Positions 11,101 to 18,971 of a stretch of 64,000 nucleotides of DNA are shown here, piece by piece. This DNA comes from Limisphaerales bacterium. Lineage in GTDB: Bacteria; Verrucomicrobiota; Verrucomicrobiia; Limisphaerales; JADJPG01. The notes below the pieces were generated by a model. The model was given only the letters and a program-made list of their open reading frames with translations, was not told the DNA's origin and searched no databases. The position numbers were made by a program, and so were the translations under genes. The stretch spans positions 193,291-257,290 of the forward strand of contig JBGARF010000002.1 in NCBI GenBank assembly GCA_044230345.1, given 5' to 3'. How positions within the stretch are numbered: position 1 is the first letter of the stretch; each line of letters begins with the position of its first letter.

Positions 11101-11740
11101 TCGGCTCCTCCGGCGCGGGCGGGCGGCGGCGGCGGAGGTCAAGGCCGGCGAGATCAATGAGGATGCCAGCCGCGTAGCTCTGAAATGCTTCGACAATTGC
11201 GTCCGTATCTTTGACGGCCGGACCGGCGAGCTCGTCGCCCCGCCATCCTCGCATCGACCTGCGATCAACGGCCTGATGGTGGACCCGGCAGGGGGCCGCT
11301 ATGCCATCACCGGATCCAATGGTCGCGTCGAAGTGTTCGACATCGCCACCGCCCGCTCCTGGACCGGCCCCCTCTGGCACGACGATTCCCGACGGGAAGA
11401 TTCGGCGGTGGCGGTCCACACTGTCGAATTCAGCGACGATGGAGGCCAGCTACTCACCGCCGGGGAGGACGGGACGGCCCGCCTTTGGGAGCTCGGAGTC
11501 GTATCAGACGAGCTTGCCCCTGACTGGCTGCCCGCCTTCGCGGAAGCCATCGGCGGGCTCAGGCTTCACGCGCCCACTAGCGCCAAGGATACCCTCCAAC
11601 TCATACCGGTAAGCTATCGGGACCGCGAAGCCCTCCGGGCGCGGATGGCCACGGCTCCGGGAACCAACCGCTGGATTCAAGTCGCCCGCCTGTTGTCGAC
11701 GAACAACTTTTCCGGCGAACCGTCGTCGGCACTACACTGA
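8102..11740 (+). CDS. membrane Ser/Thr protein kinase with N-terminal Cys4 motif and C-terminal WD40 beta-propeller repeats
   Basis: CGRCGRPLDASSVEGLCCAC (C-x2-C-x12-C-x2-C). Kinase motifs GQGGMGVVY, HRDIKPDNVLL, DFGLAK, GTPAYIAPE. One TM helix AYSALITVVAVSLVSIALISNIA. About 800 aa with many WD40-like units (GTIRLWNI, ALRLWDV, GAVHFWKL, HVRVWRR, TARLWEL). Confidence 0.9.
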   Translation: MPEPSQPCGRCGRPLDASSVEGLCCACLLGRALLSEMDDEIAAGEPLRLGDYDLLERLGQGGMGVVYRARHRPLNRLVALKIISAGELAAPDFVERFRIEAEAAASLDHPNIVPIYEIGREGERHFFAMKLAEGGTLANRPGAGSGAGLWRSSNEEVARLMACLAQAVHYAHQRGVLHRDIKPDNVLLDTSGKPLLSDFGLAKLIDQDSQLTRTLAVLGTPAYIAPEQAAGAGTPVTTATDVYGLGAVLYELLTGRPPFAGHTAAATLRQVLEQDPVRLSHLQPAIHQDLETICLKCLEKNPASRYGSALALAEDLERWLRHEPIEARPATAIERVVKWVRRHPAYSALITVVAVSLVSIALISNIARARVAAALQESEAQKSRIQQSRRELATSQASTARQLGSSLFLQGIHAAEARQNGPALAYWAHALRVDPLHRGAASRIFHTLSQCRFLQPAIPPLVEHRMVSQCAITPDGERVAIGFQRETNQVWIRDAHTGRLLHRIGLGKPCQRLAMSPDGQYLATAAGLPGNGPGSVQLWEVATGTAASPAIPTPEGIEFLNFSPDGHSIAFTIVNALLYVADVPSGRIRLEPRSYPPSIRTQTSPVWAPDSRSVYAGVNNTRIVRYDATTGNILATWQARSDPLSELHLSPDGARMITLTGRKVPVYDTSTGSVVQWLTHEHSPECMAISPQGDTVAIAKHDGTIRLWNIKDATVKATFDAVTPQRHMVFSLDGTSLASHGFDNALRLWDVRSGESLCEPALHEQTITTIAFHPDGRGVVSGSRDGAVHFWKLSASHRSEQRLPHDDGVRRATFSPSQHLIATATLDRHVRVWRRSGELLSRSGPFSAPVASLQFSRDDRRLLVSYGRHAEVRDAHSGQPIGPALDQETQMFCVLAPDGETVVGGSQSLLHFWDARSGAERLPPTRLSHPLRDVRLTPDGTRIATVITTAEVDLWNLTNGQHLATFQCEGSPRAVRFARDGRTMVAIQPNGFVVFDVATGRLLRRGRAAAAEVKAGEINEDASRVALKCFDNCVRIFDGRTGELVAPPSSHRPAINGLMVDPAGGRYAITGSNGRVEVFDIATARSWTGPLWHDDSRREDSAVAVHTVEFSDDGGQLLTAGEDGTARLWELGVVSDELAPDWLPAFAEAIGGLRLHAPTSAKDTLQLIPVSYRDREALRARMATAPGTNRWIQVARLLSTNNFSGEPSSALH

Positions 11741-12105
11741 CGGGCATTATCGCGTTGCCCGAAGCGGCTGGCAGAGTTGCTGACGGTCGTTATCGGCGTC
11801 GTTGAAAAGTCGAACGCTCCTTCGCATGGCTTGGAAACTTCCGTCGCCTGGTCGTTCGCGACGTACGTTCCCTCCGGCTCTATGAGCTTTTTTCCATTTC
11901 GTCTGCCTCGTTGCCGCCTGCTGATGAAGCTGGCCACCATCGGTCTGGTGAATCCACAAACCTCGAACTGGACGCTTGCGTGGGTTGAAGATGCTTTGGT
12001 AGCTTGCGCTCAGTTGCGGGCATTCGAGCCGTCGCTGTGGCATAAAAAGTGGCACAATCCACTTGCCAGACGAGACCTCGTTCGCAAGCATCTGGCCCTC
12101 AGTTA

Positions 12106-12190
12106 GCCCGCGTGGCGGAATTGGCAGACGCGCTAGATTCAGGTTCTAGTGAGTAACATCGTACAGGTTCAAGTCCTGTCGCGGGCACCA
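12106..12190 (+). tRNA. tRNA-Leu (anticodon CAG), encoded CCA end
   Basis: Acceptor stem GCCCGCG/CGCGGGC. Anticodon stem CTAGA/TCTAG with loop TTCAGGT (anticodon CAG). Long variable arm typical of class II tRNA. T arm ACAGG-TTCAAGT-CCTGT. Ends ACCA. Confidence 0.9.
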
Positions 12191-12200
12191 CTCTCCTTGG

Positions 12201-12228
12201 TTTCCGGTTTCAAATTTCCGGTTTCAAA
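12201..12228. repeat. perfect 14-bp tandem direct repeat (tttccggtttcaaa x2)
   Basis: 12201-12214 and 12215-12228 are identical. The repeat lies between the tRNA-Leu 3' end and the stop codon of the convergent LRR gene. Confidence 0.9.
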
Positions 12229-12259
12229 ATTCCCTTCGCCAACCCGCAAGTCGCGTCGC

Positions 12260-14992
12260 CTAGCGCACCGGCGAACGAATCAGGCGGTAGAAGCGGATGC
12301 CTTTCGACGGACTGACGACCACCGACCGCATCGTGCCGTTGATCGAAACGGCTTCCGGGGAAGGAACCCAGCTCGCGTCATCGAGACTGACGTTTTCCTG
12401 CAACATCCAGTCGGCGGCGGAAATCGGCCATGACACCATCAGTCCATTTGCGACGTTCTCGATGGACAACGATGGAACATCGTCGCTTGAAAGGCCGGAT
12501 GGGTTAGCGCCGGCACCTGGCTCACGCAACACGCCGGCCAGTTCCAGAACGGACAGGACCGCAGGAGGACTGGCGGTGCTCCCATACTGATCCCGCGCCA
12601 CAACCGTATAGGTTCCGGCGTGTTTGCTCTGAACGGATGCGATGGTGAAAGTCCGGCTCCGAGCCCCTGCAATGTTCTGACCGTTGAGTTGCCACTGGTA
12701 GGCGGTTGACGGAGGACCGAAGACGCTCACGTTGAAGGTGACTTTGCTCCCGGCCTGAACCGACTGACTCATTGGCGCCTCCACAATTACTGGAACGGTG
12801 ACAGCGACCGTGGGATGTCCTTGGAAGGTCGAGTCCCATCCGTTCGCACCGGACAGGAAGTAAACGTTCACCTCAGCCGCTCCGAGCAAAATGTTGGAAT
12901 CCAAATTCACGGGTGTGTCGCCCAGAAAGAAAACTTTGGCCAGATTGGTGCATCCGGAAAACGCTTCTGATCCGATGCCCACCACGTCCCTCGGGATGGT
13001 CACCGCGATCAAATCAACGCACCCCAGAAACGCGCCTGCCCCAATGCTGGTCAAGCTCCCCGGCATCGCAACGTCTTCCAGGCTGGTGCAGCCGGAAAAT
13101 GCGTAGTTCCCAATGCGGGCGACTTTCGTGGGAAGGACGATTCGGGTCAATTGACTGCACCCCTGGAATGAACTGTTCCCGATCGTCGCAAGTTTGGATG
13201 GGAGGGAAACCTCAGACAGACTGATGCATCCGGAAAACGTGTAGTCCCCGAGGCTTTCGACGTTGGCGTTCACGGTGACCTGGGCGAGGCTGGTGCAGTC
13301 CGAGAACACATTATTGCCGATGCTGACAACGCTGCGGGGCACGACAGCGCTCGCAAGACTGGCACATCCTGAAAACGCGTAGTCGCCAATCTCTTTCAGA
13401 CCGTTCGGAATGATCAGGTTGGTCAGGCTAACACAATTGGCAAAGACGCTGTTCCCGATGGATTTCACGGATTTTGAGAGCACCACGCTGCCGAGGCTGG
13501 CGCAGTCAAAGAAGGCCTTGTTCCCGATGGTCTTTACGGTGCTCGGCAGAGAGACGACCGCCAGCCGGGTGCATCCCGAGAACGCGTCGCTTTCAATGCT
13601 CTGGACACCCGCCGGAACGGCGATGGACGCAAGGCTGGCACAATCCGAAAACGCGAAACTGCCGATGCCCTTCACGCCTTTATTGATCGTCACCCGGCTC
13701 AAGCGGACGCAGCCCGAGAAAAGACCGTCGGCGATGCCGACCACCTTCTCGGGCAGCGTGATTTCCGGCAAACTGACACAGCCCGCGAATGCACCGGTTC
13801 CGATGGTCTTCAGACCTTTCGTGGCCGAGAAGCTGAGGAGACTGCTGCAGCCGGAAAAGGCGTAGTTGCCAATTCGCGCGACCTTCTCCGGGATTCGCAT
13901 GCTCACCAAACTGGCGCAGCCGGAGAACGCGTAGTTGCCAATGCTGTTGACGCCCGCGGAAATCGTGACGGTGGTCAAGTTGGAGCAGCCGAGGAACGTG
14001 TTGTCGTCAATGGCTGCGAGCTGCTCGGGAATGGTGACACTCTCGAGGGTCGTGTTTCCCGCAAAAGCCGCGTAGCCGATGCTGGTGATGCTGTTGGGAA
14101 GGGTGATCCTGCTCAGGCCGGCGCAGCCCAGGAAAGCGTAGCTCTCGATGGTCTTGACGCTGTTTGGAATGGTGACGGTGTTGAGGCTGCTGCAACCGGA
14201 GAACATGTCCCCGCCAATGCTGGTGATACTGCTGGGGATCGCAAAGTTGGTCAGGCTCGTACACTGGGACAGCGCGCCGTCGCCGATGACCTTGACGCTA
14301 TTGGGCACCGTGAGGCTCGACAAGGCAGCGCAGCCGTAGAACGCGCCACTTCCGATCTTGGTCACACTCTCAGGAATCGCCACGCTGCGAAGGTTGACGC
14401 TTCCGGCGAACACGTAGTCTCCCAGGCTCATCACTGTGTTCGGAATTTCAACGTTCAAGAGGTTGACGCAGCCATAAAAAGCGTAGTTTCCCACCGCCGT
14501 TACACTGCTTGGAACCGTATAGCTTCCGCTCTTCCCGCCCGGACACTGGATGAGCGTATTCTGGCTCTTGTCCAGCAATACGCCGTTCACGCTGCTGTAT
14601 TTTTTGTTGAGTGCGTTCACCTCGATTTCCACCAGGTTGGTGCAACCCGAGAACACGTTGTCTCCGATGTTGATGACGCTGCCGGGAATGCTCAGCCCGG
14701 TTAGCTCGCTCCAGTTGTAGAAGGCGGAATCTCCGATCCGCGTCACGGTCAGACCCCCGAGGGTGTCGGGAATAGCCACATCCCCACCCGGGCCGGTGTA
14801 TCCGGTGACGGTGATGGTTCCGTGATTAGTCGTGAACGTGAATTGCGCCTGCGCCGCGCCCGACATCGTCAACGACCAGAGCAACAGCAGGAGCCTCCAG
14901 CGTTTTAGGGCACGAGCGCGAAGCGCTCGCCCCCTCAAGGGCAAATCCATCGATGCCGAACCCAAATTCATCGGGCGTTCATTGTTTTTCAT
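12260..14992 (-). CDS. secreted BspA-type leucine-rich-repeat protein with C-terminal Ig-like domain
   Basis: Signal-like LLLLLWSLTMSGAAQA. Roughly 25 consecutive ~23-aa units of the form IP.SV..IG..AF.GC.SL.SV. Ig-like YQWQLNGQNIAG..AGTYTVVA. Ends IRFYRLIRSPVR. GC is visibly lower than in flanking genes. Confidence 0.88.
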   Translation of the reverse strand: MKNNERPMNLGSASMDLPLRGRALRARALKRWRLLLLLWSLTMSGAAQAQFTFTTNHGTITVTGYTGPGGDVAIPDTLGGLTVTRIGDSAFYNWSELTGLSIPGSVINIGDNVFSGCTNLVEIEVNALNKKYSSVNGVLLDKSQNTLIQCPGGKSGSYTVPSSVTAVGNYAFYGCVNLLNVEIPNTVMSLGDYVFAGSVNLRSVAIPESVTKIGSGAFYGCAALSSLTVPNSVKVIGDGALSQCTSLTNFAIPSSITSIGGDMFSGCSSLNTVTIPNSVKTIESYAFLGCAGLSRITLPNSITSIGYAAFAGNTTLESVTIPEQLAAIDDNTFLGCSNLTTVTISAGVNSIGNYAFSGCASLVSMRIPEKVARIGNYAFSGCSSLLSFSATKGLKTIGTGAFAGCVSLPEITLPEKVVGIADGLFSGCVRLSRVTINKGVKGIGSFAFSDCASLASIAVPAGVQSIESDAFSGCTRLAVVSLPSTVKTIGNKAFFDCASLGSVVLSKSVKSIGNSVFANCVSLTNLIIPNGLKEIGDYAFSGCASLASAVVPRSVVSIGNNVFSDCTSLAQVTVNANVESLGDYTFSGCISLSEVSLPSKLATIGNSSFQGCSQLTRIVLPTKVARIGNYAFSGCTSLEDVAMPGSLTSIGAGAFLGCVDLIAVTIPRDVVGIGSEAFSGCTNLAKVFFLGDTPVNLDSNILLGAAEVNVYFLSGANGWDSTFQGHPTVAVTVPVIVEAPMSQSVQAGSKVTFNVSVFGPPSTAYQWQLNGQNIAGARSRTFTIASVQSKHAGTYTVVARDQYGSTASPPAVLSVLELAGVLREPGAGANPSGLSSDDVPSLSIENVANGLMVSWPISAADWMLQENVSLDDASWVPSPEAVSINGTMRSVVVSPSKGIRFYRLIRSPVR

Positions 14993-15035
14993 GTGCTTAT
15001 ACGGACTGAAACTGCCGGCGCCCCGCCTTTTCTCC

Positions 15036-15425
15036 CTATCTCCGACGACGCGGGCTGTAGAGCTTCACCACCGCGGCGTGGGCCAAAACAACGTCCGGGT
15101 CGCGCTGCAAAGCGTCGAAGTAGTGCCGAGCAAAGCCTTCGCCCGTTTCCGATGCCACCAGCAGGACCCGCGCTTGTTGCACCAACGCATCGGCAATCTC
15201 CGTGGTCAAAGGCCCTTTCCCATCCAACGCTTCATCCATCGTGACGATCAACTGGGACACGGGGTGCAACCAGGCGAACCACGGGTCTTCGGTTAGCAGC
15301 TGCAGAAAATGACTGGGCGACCGGATGCCGCCGATGGTTTTCTCGTAGCTGATACGTTCTGAATCGACCAAAGCCTTGTGCAGATCCAGCAACGCGCCGC
15401 GCAGTTCCGCCAGTCGGTCTTTCAT
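15036..15425 (-). CDS. hypothetical protein (129 aa)
   Basis: The ORF-track start at 15629 would overlap the 3' end of the kinase gene by 128 nt. The first ATG after the kinase stop is at 15425 (MKDRLAELRGALLDLHKAL...). No recognisable motif. Start uncertain. Confidence 0.55.
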   Translation of the reverse strand: MKDRLAELRGALLDLHKALVDSERISYEKTIGGIRSPSHFLQLLTEDPWFAWLHPVSQLIVTMDEALDGKGPLTTEIADALVQQARVLLVASETGEGFARHYFDALQRDPDVVLAHAAVVKLYSPRRRR

Positions 15426-15501
15426 GGAATGATCAATGCCATCCTTGGCGCATTGCTCCAGCAAAAAAGCGGTTGAAACCGAGAGCGCATCACACTCGAT
15501 C

Positions 15502-18500
15502 TCACTGGGACCTGGCCTGGACGTCCTGAAGCCGCGGCGCCACCCGCAGGATCCGGACCGTGTTCTCGTCCGTCGTAAAGGCGATGGCGTCTCCGGAAGG
15601 CGAGAAGCTGACGTGTTCGCCCGCGTCATGAGCCGTCAATGACATCACCTCCCGCAAGGTGTCCAGGTGCCAGAGGTTGACGGACTGGCTTGAACCAATC
15701 GAGGCCAGCAGCCGCCCATCCGGTGAGAAGGAAACGCCGCTGGCCTCCTCAAAGTAGCGAACCAGTTCTCCCCGCAGGCGGCCGTCGTCCGTGTTCCAGA
15801 GTCGAATGACGCGGTCCACGCCGGCACTCGCCAGCATGGCTCCGTCCGGAGAGAAGGCCAGGCCCTTCACCTCCTCCGTGTGATTGGTCAAGGCCAAGCT
15901 GCGTCCTGTCGGGAGATGGTGCAGCCAGACCGTGTAGGGTGAGGTCACGGTAAACGCCAGGAAATCACCGCGCGGGCTCAGGGCTTCCGCAATGACTGGA
16001 TACCGAGACGGCATCGGGACAACCGCGGTCCGTCTCCCGTCAGCGATGCGCCACACGATGAACTCCTGGTCCGAGTTCACGACCAGGGTGGTGCCATCGG
16101 CAGAGAAAGCGAAACCACGACCCTCGCCCGGCTTGACCGGTCCCTCCAAGGCAGCCCCGCGCACGAGCGTGCCGGAAGAAGATTGCCAGTGTTCCAAAAA
16201 GGAAGCGTCGTCATCCAACAAGACGACGTCTTCGCCGTTCGTGCCAAATCCGGCCACCCAGCGGTGGTCGAACTGAGCACGCACGGCACCCGAGACGCTG
16301 TCGCGCAAGGTTACCGTCGCCGGAGATTTCGCCGCATCATTCAGGGTCAGAATCCCTGTGCCGCTGCGGGAAAACTGGGGACGCCAATGGCGGCGACAAG
16401 GAATGGCGTCGGTCTGCGCCACGGATCGCGCTGGCCAAAGGCGCAGCGTGGCGTCTTTGCTGGCCGTGATCAACGTTGCGCCTTCCCGGCTCCAGGCCAC
16501 CGCCCAGACCTCGTCGTCGTGGCCGTCCAAGACGGTGGATCGATCCACGCCGTCCAAAGCACGGATCTGGAGTGTCCGATCCGATCCGCTCGTGACGACG
16601 TGCCGGTTGTCCGGGGAAAACGCAACGCCCCAAAGGTTGAACTGATGGCCTGCCAACGCCACGGGCGCGGCCCGATCGCCGAGCAGATTCCAAATGCGTC
16701 CACCCAGGTTAAAACCGGCGGCCGCGAGTCGGCTTCCATCCGGGGAGAACGCAATGGTCCAGGGCGAATCCGCGCAGGCCAGCGTGTGTGCCTCGCCGGT
16801 CTGCAGATTCCAAAGGTAGATGTCCTGGCGCTCGCCGCCAGCAGCCACCCACTGGCCATCAGGGGAAATTGCCACGCGCCGCGCCACCACATTGGTCTCA
16901 AACAGCACGCGACGCGCGCGCCAGTCCCAAACCTTCACGCCCCGATGAGCATCGAAATAGCGAAACGGTGTGGACATCGAAATCGCCAACCGCGAACCGT
17001 CGCCGGAAAGGGCGGCATTCCGGCCCTCGAGCGGCGCTTCTGCGACCGCCCCGGCGCGGGTCCAGAAGCGAACCTTCCCGTCGGCTCCTGCGCTCACCAC
17101 GCGCTGGCCATCCGCCGTGAACTCCACGGACCAGACGACCCCGCCGTGCGCAGTGGACTTGGCCACGCTTCGCTGGGCGTCCAAATCCCAAAAGTGAACC
17201 GTCGCATCCATCCCACCTGACACCGCCGACCGCCCGTCGGGCGAAAGCGCCACGCAGGTGACCGTGGCCGTATGGCCGGTGAGCACAGCCCGATGTTGCC
17301 CCTGGCACAACTGCTCAAGCAGCCGCCATTCGAATCCGCGCAAATCCGGCTCGTTTGCCCCGGGTTTCTGCGCCGCGAGCATCCGGCGCGCGAGCCCGAG
17401 ATCGTGAGTGGCGAGCGCTTGGGAGGCGACTTGAAGGTCCGCGGCGTACCGCTCCACTTCCCGACGATAGGCGTGTTCCTCTGCCCTTCGCCACTGGAGC
17501 GTGATGCCCACGATCCCGGCCGTTACGGCCAGCAAAAGGGCGCCCAGCATCGCGGCGAGAGCAGGACGCCGTTGCATCCAGCGGTGGAGACGTTCGGCAC
17601 CGGACGCAGGGCGGGCGAGAACAGGTTCGCCGCGCAACCAGCGCTCCAGCTCATCGGCCAGAGCCTCGGCGGAGGAGTATCGACGTTCCGGATCCTTGCC
17701 CAGACATTTGAGGCAAACCGTGCGTAAATCGCGATCGCCCACGGCGGAGGCGTCGGGTTCGTCCTCAACAATCTTGCGCAGCAAGCTCGGAACATTCTCG
17801 GAAGAGAACGGCGGCCGGCCGGTGAGCAGCTCGAAAAGGATCGCGCCAAGCGCGTAGATGTCCGCTGCCGTTGTGAGATTCTTGGTGTCGCCGGCCGCCT
17901 GTTCCGGGGACATGTAAGCCGGGCTGCCGAGCACTTCCGAACTCAGCGTCAGGCTGCTGTCGCGACCGGCGAACTTTGCCAGACCGAAGTCGCTGACATG
18001 CGGCCGGCCGGCGGCGTCCAGCAGCACATTATGGGGTTTGAGATCCCGGTGTTGAATGCCGCGTTGATGCGCATAGTGAACCGCCCGGGCCGTGGCGGCC
18101 AGCAATCGGACGGCGTCACGCTGACCGGTGACCGATTGAAAACTCACCTTGGACCCGGCAAGCGCGCCGCCCTCCGCCAGCTTCATGGTGAAGTAAGGCT
18201 GTCCTTGCACACTGCCCACCTCAAAGATCGGAAGAATGTTCGGATGATCCAGCGCCGCGACCGCCTCCGCCTCCTGCCGGAACCGTTGCAGTTGAGCCGG
18301 GGAGGACAATCGCGATGGGTGCAGCATCTTCAACGCGACCGTTCGATTGAGGCTGAGATGCCGCGCTTCATAAACCACCCCCATGCCGCCGCGCCCCAGC
18401 TCGCGAATCAGTTCATAGTCGCCGAAGCGACGGCCGAAGCCCGCACTGGTATCACCCGTTGCCTCCTGTTCTGGCTCCTCGTCCTGCTTCAGCGTGTTTC

Positions 18501-18588
18501 GCATGAGGCAGCGGGGACACAGTCCGCGGGTCCAGCGGCCACGCAGGGCCGCACCGCACTCGGGACAGATGGGGGATGAAGTCGCCAT
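15502..18588 (-). CDS. membrane Ser/Thr protein kinase with N-terminal Cys4 motif and WD40 repeats (no adjacent sigma factor)
   Basis: CPECGAALRGRWTRGLCPRC has the same C-x2-C-x12-C-x2-C spacing as the 8102 kinase. Kinase motifs GRGGMGVVY, HRDLKPHNVLL, DFGLAK, GSPAYMSPE. TM helix LAAMLGALLLAVTAGIVGITL. WD40-like units (ATVHFWDL, GKVRFWT, QDIYLWNL, ATLRLWP, RVIRLWN, QSVNLWHL). Confidence 0.9.
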   Translation of the reverse strand: MATSSPICPECGAALRGRWTRGLCPRCLMRNTLKQDEEPEQEATGDTSAGFGRRFGDYELIRELGRGGMGVVYEARHLSLNRTVALKMLHPSRLSSPAQLQRFRQEAEAVAALDHPNILPIFEVGSVQGQPYFTMKLAEGGALAGSKVSFQSVTGQRDAVRLLAATARAVHYAHQRGIQHRDLKPHNVLLDAAGRPHVSDFGLAKFAGRDSSLTLSSEVLGSPAYMSPEQAAGDTKNLTTAADIYALGAILFELLTGRPPFSSENVPSLLRKIVEDEPDASAVGDRDLRTVCLKCLGKDPERRYSSAEALADELERWLRGEPVLARPASGAERLHRWMQRRPALAAMLGALLLAVTAGIVGITLQWRRAEEHAYRREVERYAADLQVASQALATHDLGLARRMLAAQKPGANEPDLRGFEWRLLEQLCQGQHRAVLTGHTATVTCVALSPDGRSAVSGGMDATVHFWDLDAQRSVAKSTAHGGVVWSVEFTADGQRVVSAGADGKVRFWTRAGAVAEAPLEGRNAALSGDGSRLAISMSTPFRYFDAHRGVKVWDWRARRVLFETNVVARRVAISPDGQWVAAGGERQDIYLWNLQTGEAHTLACADSPWTIAFSPDGSRLAAAGFNLGGRIWNLLGDRAAPVALAGHQFNLWGVAFSPDNRHVVTSGSDRTLQIRALDGVDRSTVLDGHDDEVWAVAWSREGATLITASKDATLRLWPARSVAQTDAIPCRRHWRPQFSRSGTGILTLNDAAKSPATVTLRDSVSGAVRAQFDHRWVAGFGTNGEDVVLLDDDASFLEHWQSSSGTLVRGAALEGPVKPGEGRGFAFSADGTTLVVNSDQEFIVWRIADGRRTAVVPMPSRYPVIAEALSPRGDFLAFTVTSPYTVWLHHLPTGRSLALTNHTEEVKGLAFSPDGAMLASAGVDRVIRLWNTDDGRLRGELVRYFEEASGVSFSPDGRLLASIGSSQSVNLWHLDTLREVMSLTAHDAGEHVSFSPSGDAIAFTTDENTVRILRVAPRLQDVQARSQ

Positions 18589-18691
18589 CTCGAATCAGCC
18601 TCAAGCCAGCCCGGCGTTCGGGTTAGCCCATTCGGAAATACCCCGGTGAGCATCGGCCACGTCGCGGCCCCAGAGGAAGGAGAACGGCCGT

Positions 18692-18740
18692 CGCGAATCG
18701 CCCTCACCCCCAAATCTCCCCCCCGGGGAAAGGGGAAACA
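18692..18740. repeat. GGGGAGAGG-hairpin repeat, inverted partner copy
   Basis: cgcgaatcgccctcacccccaaatctccccccggggaaaggggaaaca resembles the reverse complement of the core of the 18871-18971 module. Confidence 0.7.
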
Positions 18741-18870
18741 TCAGCGTCGTCGTCCTTATGCGGAGGAGCGTCGACACGTGCGAGCCTCTCGGCCGCCAGG
18801 TCAGACCTCGCCACGAAGGTCGACGCGCAGTCCAATCGCAATGGGAGTCGACAGTTAGGCAGGCCGCGAT

Positions 18871-18971
18871 CGTTCCTCCCTCTCCCCGGGGGAGAGGGCC
18901 GGGGTGAGGGCGGATCACAAGCGCCTTTTTGCTCTCTCCGGTTGCATCGGAATCTCCGAAAGGCATTGGCG
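18871..18971. repeat. ~100-nt repeat module abutting the GH44-like gene stop codon
   Basis: cgttcctccctctccccgggggagagggccggggtgagggcggatcacaagcgcctttttgc...cggaatctccgaaaggcattg. Aligned by hand against 21656-21753: 16 mismatches in 98 positions. Contains the palindrome ccctctcccc/ggggagaggg. Confidence 0.85.

Noticed and set aside
11741-12105. Looked for an integrase, transposase or toxin-antitoxin remnant next to tRNA-Leu.
   Set aside because: Only short ORFs in several overlapping frames (up to 114 aa) with no motif I can recognise. No tRNA 3'-end direct repeat lies further downstream. I left the region unannotated rather than calling a pseudogene.
18601-18966. ORFs 18601..18966, 18646..18858, 21288..21773, 21472..21885 and 21548..21862 in the two foldback-repeat regions.
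   Set aside because: They are translations of the GGGGAGAGG-hairpin repeats (PLSPGGRFGGEGD, SPREREERS and similar) on both strands. They are mutually overlapping and have no start-site support.
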